Positions 20,201 to 28,900 of a stretch of DNA of 46,757 nucleotides are shown here, piece after piece. The translations under genes were made by a program, and so were the position numbers. The DNA lies in the NCBI GenBank assembly GCA_035327825.1, contig DAOLCO010000031.1, positions 1-46,757 of the forward strand, read 5' to 3'. Position 1 is the first letter of the stretch; the number at the start of each line of letters is the position of its first letter. The DNA comes from Oligoflexia bacterium (GTDB taxonomy: Bacteria > Bdellovibrionota_C > UBA2361 > SZUA-149 > DAOLCO01). The notes under the pieces are model-generated. The model did not search any database, was not told the origin of the DNA, and saw only the letters and a list, made by a program, of their open reading frames with translations.

Positions 20201-21508
20201 GCTGATGCGACAAGCTCTGCCCTTACTGTTGGAGGATTTGCCGGTGCGATGTATGGTGGGCAAAGAATGCTTCAAATGCCTTTGTCAGTTGCCATTGCTA
20301 ACAGGACTGGTCTTGCATCTGCAATCGGATCTACTGCTGGTCAGAAAATTATTGCAGGAACGGGAAGAGTTCTCGGAGGGGCTGGTACTGCCTATTATGG
20401 TTATTCTCAATTTTCCAGTGGTCAGTTTCGCGATCAGGATAATATGCAACTTGCAGGAAGCATCGGTAGTCCCATATCAGCTGGAGCAATTACTGGTTTT
20501 GCTTTGGGGGGGCCAGTTGGTGCTGCTATTGGAGGAGGATTAGGTGCTCTTGGTGAGGGGGCAGGAGTTGTTCGTGGGCTTTATCATCTTGATTCTGAAT
20601 TTGAAAATAATGTGCGAAGAATGGAAATAAAAAATGCTGTTGAGGATGCTGAAAAGGGATTTATTCACCCACCAGAAGAAGTACCTTCCAGGTCACTTGA
20701 TTCATATGAAAAAGAGACAGTGGAGCTTCTCGCTCAAGATCGGGCCTATGGAAGAATTTTCGGCACTAAAACAAAGGAAGAGCTTAAAAAAATGGGTTTC
20801 AATGTTTCTGCTTCAGGTAACTTTGATGAAAATGAAAGACGCGAAGCTGCCCAAAACCCAAAAAACTGGGATCTTTTTAATTGGATGATTGCTTCTGAAG
20901 GTAGGGGATATCTCAATCCTAAAACTTGGGTAGGATATGGAGATGCCTTTAGAGGTAATGATACTTTAAGGAGTGATTTAAATGCAATTCTTGCGGAATC
21001 AAGAAATAAAACTACTGAATTATATTTGTCAGCTATAAGAAGAAAATATCAGCATAATCAGGGAGAAGTTTCTTCTTTTGGTTTGCTATTTACTTCAAGT
21101 AATAGAGGCGTGGGGCATGGTGGTATTGTCCTTGATTATCAGGAGATGAAAAACAAGGTAGTCAGGTTTGAGAGCGATATTGCTAATTTAAGCCGTTATG
21201 ACCGGCCTTCTTCGGGGGATCCGTTTATGAACCTTCTTGCACAACATTTCCCTGGAATTGGAGTTATATGTCTTGATGAAGCGAGTAGTGTAAGATTTAC
21301 CAACCAGTTCTCTGAAAATCTTCAGCCACAGATTTCCCAGGCGCTATCCATTTTGAATCAGGAGATAAGGGGGTTTGAGGGGCATGGAGAGCCGGTACTT
21401 CCCCGGTATGTTAGTGAAGATCTGCCTTCGGCTGAAGAATTGCTGGATTTGCAACAGGCTCAAGATCAACTTGCATTAAGATTGCCTGGTCAAGATCTTA
21501 CTAATTGA
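17258..21508 (+). CDS. Large hypothetical protein with long coiled coil and Gly-rich hydrophobic segments
   Basis: 1416 aa uninterrupted ORF: beta-rich N-terminus, Pro/Ser/Ala linker, E/K/Q-rich helical middle, glycine-zipper region; no signal peptide seen. Confidence 0.85.
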   Translation: MEPAVDPRYYQGRGSAVPASPGVDPKLKLGIDERRIESNGYSAFKNNDGSISIEIPNRENSVSVGYVRKNGSYSNPSSDTQIRRNNGFDRLVSIFQSGTYKLDVSYENNGSTTIKVKPDNSLQAIKINLGGKVYYIELDKVGSSSSTKGNSEPQPVAARVVPNEVATSVSQPVSSQAPANPSPVSDARPSPLVMPPVAQNTTAKGQEQISESASGSVAPQAVMLASARIAKLIDTSQRNGPSQGASRAERQAKIQEYKSAVSASKSVSGADLAENNLKQLSENEREFHRNVSKEEKALIRESEKLAKKNPTSPRLAEIQNNLRELRDLRTDRLIAQGKMAEIICQEKDASGQQTARAKEAGKFLRKNGQKIVDAYNHKADFTTDSGTKDSLKSARNNFIDSVKDNTGKELKQESGKLRSKISGVLKWDHNDAISALRDRQSKKAWAGMRDVPADEMASDRKGLKKLQRLEDRYIRREARLENGEASGKKGDALKLEEIRSQRQEITLKRAEVIRHKLNNPEGMSQKQIRSLEKSLYEEMKPRLEKAYQGKPELAEYTKKSSEYEAAKRSDELSKPRLLRNLDVSRAEKALGRWDQALKKTPDSEYLKAERALADHDLKVAKQEAIKGNSASSATEKAAANKEIDVLRSKRIGLVENVHQHLDQKITETVDVAEKAKLSQRLVKVEASYTKELQLSGSHSHEKLASIIEKQLETQRAELGKVQGQLSTETDASAKSKLEIKAKNIELNIARHEMHFAESQLKAIQTQQSVVNDELVRLRGEINNPSKPLSDSDRLLKEKQIKALELSQRELNTRNEYNQGIKKLASDKFDLLRASKDLGALEQKIIGMQDGAAKIAVQKQIDDLKIKKENLGQSISETRSSFNKVWSERIQQGLRRIRPDFLTLDRVMKVRFPGSANIESRPGFALAGSFALTESLGAVLKSDVSPEARHNILPGLVAALNEDLYELTSFTTADYGHGVARFADATSSALTVGGFAGAMYGGQRMLQMPLSVAIANRTGLASAIGSTAGQKIIAGTGRVLGGAGTAYYGYSQFSSGQFRDQDNMQLAGSIGSPISAGAITGFALGGPVGAAIGGGLGALGEGAGVVRGLYHLDSEFENNVRRMEIKNAVEDAEKGFIHPPEEVPSRSLDSYEKETVELLAQDRAYGRIFGTKTKEELKKMGFNVSASGNFDENERREAAQNPKNWDLFNWMIASEGRGYLNPKTWVGYGDAFRGNDTLRSDLNAILAESRNKTTELYLSAIRRKYQHNQGEVSSFGLLFTSSNRGVGHGGIVLDYQEMKNKVVRFESDIANLSRYDRPSSGDPFMNLLAQHFPGIGVICLDEASSVRFTNQFSENLQPQISQALSILNQEIRGFEGHGEPVLPRYVSEDLPSAEELLDLQQAQDQLALRLPGQDLTN

Positions 21509-21608
21509 TCATAATGTTATTCAGCTTTAGTGCAACATTCCCTGTTGTCGAAATACCCCTATTAGCGATAATCTTGGCGCATATTAATTTAACTTAAAAT
21601 ACACAGTT

Positions 21609-22697
21609 GTGATTGAAATATTTATACTTCTCGGTGGGGCCGTTGCGCTTCTTGTTGGTGGTGAGCTTCTGGTGCGAGGGGCTTCCAGTTTTGCTCTCAG
21701 GCTTGGAATGAGCTCTCTTCTTGTTGGTCTTACGGTTGTTGCCTTTGGTACTAGTGCTCCTGAGTTATTTATTTCTGTTCAGTCGGCTCTTGATGATAAG
21801 GGTGATATCGCCCTTGGTAATGTCATTGGTAGTAATACCTGTAATACTCTTCTTATTCTTGGACTTTGTGCCTTGGTAGCACCACTCTCTGTCCCCTCTA
21901 AGCTTGTACGACGCGAGGTGCCGCTAATGGTGTTTGCCTCTGTCGTATGTTTTGTCCTCTCCCTTGACGGGTTTATTGGACGTCTTGATGGATTACTATT
22001 TGTTGTTTGTCTTTTTGGCTTTTTGGTTTTTAGTATTAAAAGTGCCGGACGAGATAAGGAAAAAGAGCGCTTATCCAATAATGCTGGCAAGATTGACTCA
22101 TGTTCCGAGAATGAGATTAGTGAACCCCAAAGTGGTTCATTGTTCATGGATATGGGTCTAATGATCTTTGGACTTTTCCTCCTTTATTTTGGATCAAAAG
22201 GATTTGTTCATGGTGCATCTGAAATTGCAAGGTGGTTTGGTGTTAGTGAGTTAGTGATTGGTTTAACAATAGTTGCTTTAGGTACATCTCTTCCAGAGGT
22301 CGTTACTTCTGTACTTGCTACTATTCGTGGAGAAAGGGATCTTGCGGTTGGTAATGTTGTTGGAAGTAATATTTTTAATATTTTTTGTGTTCTTGGATTT
22401 TGTTCCCTGATTTCCCCTCTAAATGTTCCGGATGTTGCACTGGTGCTTGATATACCGGTAATGCTTTTTTCAGCACTCGCATTTTTACCCATTGTTTACT
22501 CTAATGGAATGGTCGGACGACTTGATGGCTTTTTCTTTTTTGCGGGTTACATTGTTTATACGGTTTTTCTTATACTAGTTTCCAAGTCGTTAACCCCAGT
22601 TCCACATTTAAGTGAAGTTTTTATAGTTTTTATTGTCCCACTTGTTCTATTGACTGTTCATGGATTTTATAACAGGGGAAGGTCTGGTTCGGAATAA
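21609..22697 (+). CDS. yrbG: Calcium/sodium antiporter (CaCA family, YrbG-like)
   Basis: Two internal repeats: GLTVVAFGTSAPE...GNVIGSN and GLTIVALGTSLPE...GNVVGSN. Confidence 0.93.
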   Translation: MIEIFILLGGAVALLVGGELLVRGASSFALRLGMSSLLVGLTVVAFGTSAPELFISVQSALDDKGDIALGNVIGSNTCNTLLILGLCALVAPLSVPSKLVRREVPLMVFASVVCFVLSLDGFIGRLDGLLFVVCLFGFLVFSIKSAGRDKEKERLSNNAGKIDSCSENEISEPQSGSLFMDMGLMIFGLFLLYFGSKGFVHGASEIARWFGVSELVIGLTIVALGTSLPEVVTSVLATIRGERDLAVGNVVGSNIFNIFCVLGFCSLISPLNVPDVALVLDIPVMLFSALAFLPIVYSNGMVGRLDGFFFFAGYIVYTVFLILVSKSLTPVPHLSEVFIVFIVPLVLLTVHGFYNRGRSGSE

Positions 22698-22705
22698 TTT
22701 GCAGG

Positions 22706-23674
22706 TTAAAATCTATAAGCTATACCTGATCTGATTCTGAAGTCAGGTACTATAAGTGAATCTTTGTAATCGTTAATCAGGTAATCAAATCCAAGATCAA
22801 ATAACATCCTTTTACCATAAATAATTATCAACTCAGGGCCAAGATAAAGATTGCTGATTTTGGATCTTGATACTGGCAAATTATCAAGGTAATCCATTCT
22901 TTTGTGCTCTCCAGAGAGTACAGCTCTTAGCGCAACAGAATAATCTTCGCCAAGGTGTACATAATATCCAGGTCCTGCAGACCAGAGAAAGTCATCTCCA
23001 AATTCATAATCAAAAGAACCTTCTGTGCGGTAGCTGTATTGAGCATTCGACATTAAAATAAATCGGTCATAAAGAATCAAATTGGTAATACCAGCTAGGT
23101 AATCAATTGATCCTGTTCCTAAAGATAGTGCTCGACCTCCCTGAGCTCCACTTAGATTGTGATGTTTTAGCTCATTGTTTGTATCACTGTCAGGCTTAAT
23201 CTCTCGAAGGCTTCCAGTGTTTCCAGATGGAAGTTTAAGGCCAAGAATAATTGTACTAAAGACAGTCCAATTGCCTGCTTTATAATTAATTGGAGAATAG
23301 TTTGCATTTAGAATGATATCCCCAAGGCCAAATTCAGAATCACTTTTGCCTTGAAAACGTTCGTATACATCATAATTCCTATATATTACAGGCAGTACAA
23401 ATTGAACCCCTGCGTTGTTAAAAATGTCGTAGGTAAGAGAAACCTGAGTGCTACTGAAGTTTGTTCCAACTTGCCCATCTCTTGGAATCAGTGATTCGTC
23501 AATTGATTTAAATTTGGTGAAATTTTCATTAATAGAGATCGTATATTTATTTTCTTCGTGTCCAAGTAGTCTACTAACGTTATAAAGTGTGCATGGGTCA
23601 CAGGCTAAGGCATCGTGCATGAAGCAGGTAAGAAAGACTATACAAGTAAAAGTATGGGTAAGGATTTTTTTCAT
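22706..23674 (-). CDS. Putative outer-membrane beta-barrel transporter with N-terminal CxxC
   Basis: Signal peptide ending ALA, then CDPC; GLGD and GLKLPSG...GTGSID motifs of the MetA-pathway/transporter barrel family; internal HH loop; C-terminal GIAYRF barrel signature. Confidence 0.75.
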   Translation of the reverse strand: MKKILTHTFTCIVFLTCFMHDALACDPCTLYNVSRLLGHEENKYTISINENFTKFKSIDESLIPRDGQVGTNFSSTQVSLTYDIFNNAGVQFVLPVIYRNYDVYERFQGKSDSEFGLGDIILNANYSPINYKAGNWTVFSTIILGLKLPSGNTGSLREIKPDSDTNNELKHHNLSGAQGGRALSLGTGSIDYLAGITNLILYDRFILMSNAQYSYRTEGSFDYEFGDDFLWSAGPGYYVHLGEDYSVALRAVLSGEHKRMDYLDNLPVSRSKISNLYLGPELIIIYGKRMLFDLGFDYLINDYKDSLIVPDFRIRSGIAYRF

Positions 23675-23720
23675 TTTTTATTATGAATGAAAGCAATAAT
23701 AAAGGTAGTTAAATTTTGAA

Positions 23721-23749
23721 GACACCTGCAAATGAATATTGCAGGTGTC
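23721..23749. repeat. Perfect 11-bp stem-loop between the lipoprotein and barrel genes
   Basis: GACACCTGCAA-N7-TTGCAGGTGTC; no convincing U-tract on the minus strand. Confidence 0.6.
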
Positions 23750-23769
23750 ATAATGTTGCTAGAAAATTC

Positions 23770-24261
23770 CTAGCTATGCGAATGGCCAACATGAGAATGA
23801 TCTCCATGGTTTGATTCATGTGCTCTTTCACCATTAACTTCCATGTGATGAACAATAACTTTTCCGTTATGATGTTCAAAGTGAATAAATACTTCTTTTG
23901 CCGAGTCAGGAAGTTTTACTGCAGTAGCAGTATTTATTCCGTGTCCATTAATTGTAAAGAGCACATCTTTTGAAAGATGTGATTTATCCACGCCAAAACC
24001 CCATTGCCCAAGGCTGTCACTCACCGAGCATTTTCCAAGGGCGCATATTTTGACTTCTTCAATATTTTCTCCTGCCCCATGTTTTAAAATGCTATGCCCA
24101 TCTAAAGATTTATGATCATCACCTCCACCTTCGCTTATTCTTCCCTCTATAAGCAGATCTCCGCCAGAAGATGATCCACCACCGCAGCCCCCAAAAGTGC
24201 CAAGGGATAAAATCATAAAAATTAAAGAAATTCGCATAAAAGTACTCTTTTTATTTCTCAT
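23770..24261 (-). CDS. His-rich lipoprotein, putative metal-binding
   Basis: Lipobox-like FGG-C then Gly/Ser linker; tail HFEHHNG..HHMEVNGERAHESNHGDHSHVGHSHS; GGAG upstream. Confidence 0.78.
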   Translation of the reverse strand: MRNKKSTFMRISLIFMILSLGTFGGCGGGSSSGGDLLIEGRISEGGGDDHKSLDGHSILKHGAGENIEEVKICALGKCSVSDSLGQWGFGVDKSHLSKDVLFTINGHGINTATAVKLPDSAKEVFIHFEHHNGKVIVHHMEVNGERAHESNHGDHSHVGHSHS

Positions 24262-24438
24262 TCTAAATCTCCGAAGATTTTGAAATTTTAATAATTATAT
24301 CTAAGCCATTGTAGGTTTTTGTGATTTAATAGCCAATTTTCAGGCGTATTTCTACAGAGTTAATATGGTGGATGCAACGTGGCAAAATGTCACAGTGGGG
24401 GTTTGTATTAAGAGATATCTTAAAAAGGAATTGGTATC

Positions 24439-24477
24439 AAAAAAATGGTTCTGAATGATTTTCATTCAGAACCATTT
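24439..24477 (-). terminator. Rho-independent terminator of the radical SAM/peptide operon
   Basis: 16-bp perfect inverted repeat AAATGGTTCTGAATGA-TTT-TCATTCAGAACCATTT ending in a U7 tract on the minus strand, 40 bp after the peptide stop. Confidence 0.85.
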
Positions 24478-24517
24478 ACATAAACCTTAAGCAATCTTTA
24501 GCACTTGATTCTGATTA

Positions 24518-24799
24518 TTAGCCAAGTGGAAAGCAAGGCTGCGAACCTGGCATGCAGGTTTGAGGTCCACAAGGATTCTGTGGTGTGCTAGATGGAAAAC
24601 ACGGTGCTGGTGGATATGTAGCATTTGGCAAGCAGCTATTACCATGAATTGCAGCCATAGCTGGTGCAAGCCTTGGAGCACAATCTGACTTACCAGGTGA
24701 ACATGATCCGTCATCGTGATCATCCTGATCAGGCATCACAAAAAACTGACTTGCTCCGAAAACTTTCTGCAAGTCTCCCAAACAATCCGATCTCAACAC
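24518..24799 (-). CDS. Cys/Pro-rich peptide with seven C-x-P motifs, putative RiPP precursor
   Basis: 93 aa; GTG start overlaps the radical SAM stop, with AGGGGA 6 nt upstream; motifs CSP, CAP, CLP, CFP, CGP, CMP, CFP; followed by a terminator. Confidence 0.72.
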   Translation of the reverse strand: MLRSDCLGDLQKVFGASQFFVMPDQDDHDDGSCSPGKSDCAPRLAPAMAAIHGNSCLPNATYPPAPCFPSSTPQNPCGPQTCMPGSQPCFPLG

Positions 24800-25668
24800 G
24801 ATACGTCCCCTATATAAGGAGGAAAGTTAGAAACGTCCATGACAGAAATGAGATTTCGTGGTTTCCAAACCATCTCAAAAACACTCTTTTTTGCCGCAAT
24901 TGATTCACGAGAAGAAAGAATCTCTCGAAGAGATTGCTTCTCTACGTCGCCAATTTGCAAATGTCTTGACATAATGCAGGGATATACTGCTCCTTGTGGA
25001 TTTATGCAGAAAGTTCCGTTCCAGCAATGTCCACAGAGGTCTTGTGATCGAGGCTTCCTTTTGGTTATGGCGAGAGCCCGCCCAAAGGCCCTTACATTGT
25101 CGATCCCGACATTAGTAAAGCCATCCTCTCGAAGTTTTTTCACTGTTTCCTCTACTTCTGGTCTGTTAATGGGCATTGAAACTACAGAAAGTCTAAGAGG
25201 AACCCCGGCTTCCTTCAGTCGCTCAATGTTTTTCATGGTACGCTGGTGACTGCCGTGAAGACCGGTTATAAGATCGTGAGACTTGCTGTTAAAGCTGTAA
25301 ACTGAAACGGCAACGTGGACGTTGTTATCTACAATGGAGCCAAGCAAGTCATAATCCAGCTTTGTTCCATTAGTGTATATTTCTATTTTCTGATAGCCCA
25401 AAGATGCAGCTTTGTTCAAGCCTTCTTTAAGCCAGGAGACCAGAGTAGGCTCTCCTCCAATGAACTGCACCTCGCTCGCTCCCAGATCCCGGCCTTCTTC
25501 AAGAATAGAAAACCACTTTTCTTTGGGAAGCTCAATATCTTTTGCATGTTCCTTGCCGGAAGCATTATAGCAGTGCCCGCAGCCTTCATTACACTTGAGA
25601 GTGATTTCAAGCCACATCATTTTTAGATATGTGAATAACCCCGGTTCATTATGAGCTTTATTGGACAT
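24793..25668 (-). CDS. Radical SAM enzyme with SPASM/Twitch-type auxiliary Fe-S domain
   Basis: CNEGCGHC (CxxxCxxC), GGEPT, YTNGT; C-terminal CGHCWNGTFCINPQGAVYPC; strong GGAGGT ribosome-binding site. Confidence 0.93.
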   Translation of the reverse strand: MSNKAHNEPGLFTYLKMMWLEITLKCNEGCGHCYNASGKEHAKDIELPKEKWFSILEEGRDLGASEVQFIGGEPTLVSWLKEGLNKAASLGYQKIEIYTNGTKLDYDLLGSIVDNNVHVAVSVYSFNSKSHDLITGLHGSHQRTMKNIERLKEAGVPLRLSVVSMPINRPEVEETVKKLREDGFTNVGIDNVRAFGRALAITKRKPRSQDLCGHCWNGTFCINPQGAVYPCIMSRHLQIGDVEKQSLREILSSRESIAAKKSVFEMVWKPRNLISVMDVSNFPPYIGDVSC

Positions 25669-25916
25669 TTTAAACCTCCGAAAAAACTATTGATACCAAT
25701 ACCAGGAGATTTGGTATTGGAGTTAGGCACATCTACCCATAATATAAATTTTTTAGGTTACGAAAGTTATATAGATGGGTTGACCTGCTTCTTGTCAATT
25801 TGCTCTCAAAATAACCAGTTTTTAGGTGCCCAGCATGTAATTTCTGTGGCTAGTGAATATGTTAAACGCCAAGTATAAACATTTAAGACAGTAAAAAATG
25901 TGTATAGATTAATTGT

Positions 25917-28900
25917 TTATCTGACATTTCTAAGAGTTGTAGGAAACCTGTATGAGTTGTTGTTGCCGTGTCTGATGATGGTACCAAGTAGTGAATTTTT
26001 ATTTGAGATAATTTTTACGACACCGTACTCATTTGAGTTACCTGAGTGACATGATAGCTCTCTTACCCCTCTTCCTGGGATATTTATGCCATCTTCGTCA
26101 CGAACTAGCCTTCCTTCGGAGTCGAACATTTGCATAGAGAATGTTTCTTGTGTGATTTTGGAATTAACCAGAGTTACAGTGCAGTTTTGCCCAAGGAAAG
26201 TATTATACCCACCTGTCAAACTATCTCCAAACGCCTGAGTGGCAAGCATTCCGTACATCCAGCTAATACTTGCATCAGGCTTTCGACCATATTGCATTGC
26301 AACTGCAATTACACCTTCTTTATGAGTTCCCTTGACCTTGGCGTTTCCTAGCGCATTTGGCAGAATGTTATCTAGCACAAAGTGAATGCTTTGTTTATGT
26401 TCAAACATTTGAGACAGATCATGAATCAATTCACCGTTTTGATTAAAAACCTCTATTGTAATTTCCTGCGAAAGATCAGAGACATTTGTTACTTCAAGTA
26501 CAGAGGTTCCACTTCGTGTGTCAACGGGTACATGCATTGGTTCGCCATTGCCCACCTCTCCTTGTAATTGAAAAGCAGTTACAAAGGAAGGACTGGCCTG
26601 TGGATTGTCGTATATATATCGAACATTACGCATAGTTGCCGGTATATCCTCAAATCCAGTTTCGGGTTGCCATTCAACGAAACCAACCTTATACGGTCCA
26701 AGCTCTTCACAGCTTTCCTGAGAATCAGAAGGTAGTCGTGTATGAGCAGGAGTATCCAGACGCTGGGATGGTAAAAGAACAACTGAACGGTTACATACCG
26801 GAGTACTGCTTCCGGAAAGGTAAATCAGCAGGTTGCCTGATAATACTCTGTCTTTTGATGCATTACTGAGCTGTATCCAGTTTGCAACAAAGTTATTGCT
26901 TTGATCTAGTCGAAGGCTTGGCTGAAACATATTGATTCCAACAAACTGATTGCCTGTGATTGCAGGTAGAAACGGTGCCATATAGACAAAAGATGGTTTG
27001 CTTGATGCTGTAAATGGCAATTGATATTTGTAAAAGGTCATTCCTCCATCAACAATACCTGATGTATCAACACTTACACATATTCTTCCGTAAGAGTCAT
27101 GCCTGAATCCTTCAAGGTCATGTACAAGGAGATCAAATTTACCTTCGGCGGGTAATGGTACAGTAAGTGAACTTTCTAATGTTCCTTCAATGGAGTAAAT
27201 TTTGGTACTACCTGGAACGGTGTTCTGGCTGGTATTTGCTATTTCCTTAACCTGAAACATTGGCTGGAGGAAACCATTCCACTCGCTACATACCTCTTTT
27301 GATAAAAGTCTTTGAATGCTGCCTCTGTCGTAAGGATTTGAGCCCCTGAGGAGTTCATCACCATCAGACATTCCGTCCCTGTCCGAGTCAGTGGCAAATG
27401 GATTAGATCTCCAGCCCAGGATTCCTGTGGATTTGGTTCCTTCGCTGAAAGAATTACGGGACGCAATGTAGTATAGGTAAGTGACTTCTGGAAGATTATT
27501 AATGTCAATATAGTTGGTCTGAGTTGTTTCTCCGATCTTTACAGGTGTTCCACCAAGTGCCTGAGAGCGGTATACGATATAAGAAGTTGCTTCGGGAATT
27601 TCGGACCAGTTTATTTCGATACGATCCGAAAATAAACCTTGGCTGATATCTACGCTGGTTGGTGGAGGAGGTGGAGTTGTAGTTGGAGTTGGGGTTGGAG
27701 TTGGAGTTGGGGTTGGGGTTGGAGTTGGAGTTGGTGTTGGGGTTGGTGTTGGTGTTGGTGTTGGAGTTGGAGTCGGTGTTGGGGTTGGAGTTGGACCTGT
27801 TAATACATTAAAATGATACGATCCAAGGCATCCATAGTCACTATAGCCACTTGTAAGATCACCTTTCCCTGTGCCACTGATACGAAGATAGTATTGTCCT
27901 GCTGGTATATTTCGCAGAATGCTTGCATTTAGCGTATTTAGGGGATTTGAACTTTCTATAACATTAGAGTTGGAATCCAGAAGCTCTAAAAGAATATCCA
28001 CATTTGGTCCTCGCCAACCTGGTTCAGCATAAACATCTAACTGGCCACCACTAGTAGATAACAAAAATATATCAAAATCATCTCGCCTTTCAATAATACC
28101 GATTGCAGATGCCTGGTTATTTGTAAATTGAAGTTGGGTTGCTGCTTGCGGAGTGTTGCCGTGATCATCTGTGCGGTAGGTAAAACCATTTTGTGTAGCT
28201 ATAATATTTACATCATTTTGATTAGGTCTGTTAGCATTTGGATACTCTCCATGGCTCCAATGGTTAAGTTCTTTATCGTATGGATATCCCATTATTGGAG
28301 CCCATCCTGTACTGCCACTACCATGGCCTCCATAGTACTCGATTGCATGCGTACCGTGATGATTAAGTCCTAATGAATGACCAACTTCATGGCTTGTTGC
28401 ACCGTATGTAAATTTTTCATTTCCATTGCCAAGCTCTGCTGGAAAAACAAAAACTGGAAGATCAGTAGTTGCATTGAAGGATCCGATAAATGCTACTCCA
28501 CCATATCCACTGCCCCTCCAATCATTGCTACTTCCACCAATAACAACTCTAATTCCCCATTGTGTATCTCCTGTTTGTCGTCGTAATTTGTCGATTCCAG
28601 GGTCCTCAGTGGTTACGTTTACATTAAATGGAAGGTAGTCTTCGGCCGTTCTCGCCCATATCCATTGGATCCTGGAAAGTTCGTCGTTAGTGAAAGAATC
28701 TATGCCTCCTTCAAAATTAAACGCTGGAGTGATGATTGGGTTACCTCCTGTATAAAGTGTATTCCAAATAGTACCAGACGTAGTATGACCATTAAAGTCC
28801 AGATATATGGTATGATTTGCTCCTGGAAGGCTATGAAGCTTAAAGGTGTCAGCGAGTGGTGCTGGAGTATTGGGTGGAACTGGTGGTGAATTTTCAGGAA

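Noticed and set aside
20506..20512. G7 run in the 1416-aa gene
   Set aside because: Explained by Leu-Gly-Gly codons within a Gly-rich segment.
17258..21508. Prophage suggested by a tape-measure-like protein
   Set aside because: No capsid, terminase, tail or integrase genes anywhere in the window.
24262..24438. Fur/Zur/NikR box or metal riboswitch upstream of the His-rich lipoprotein
   Set aside because: No convincing palindrome or conserved riboswitch motif could be seen by eye.
24487..24723. Alternative 78-aa minus-strand ORF overlapping the C-x-P peptide
   Set aside because: No ribosome-binding site or coupling to the radical SAM gene and no motif regularity; the 93-aa frame explains the region better.
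24793..24830. Programmed -1 frameshift fusing the radical SAM enzyme to the peptide
   Set aside because: No X-XXY-YYZ slippery heptamer in the overlap, and the peptide has its own ribosome-binding site.
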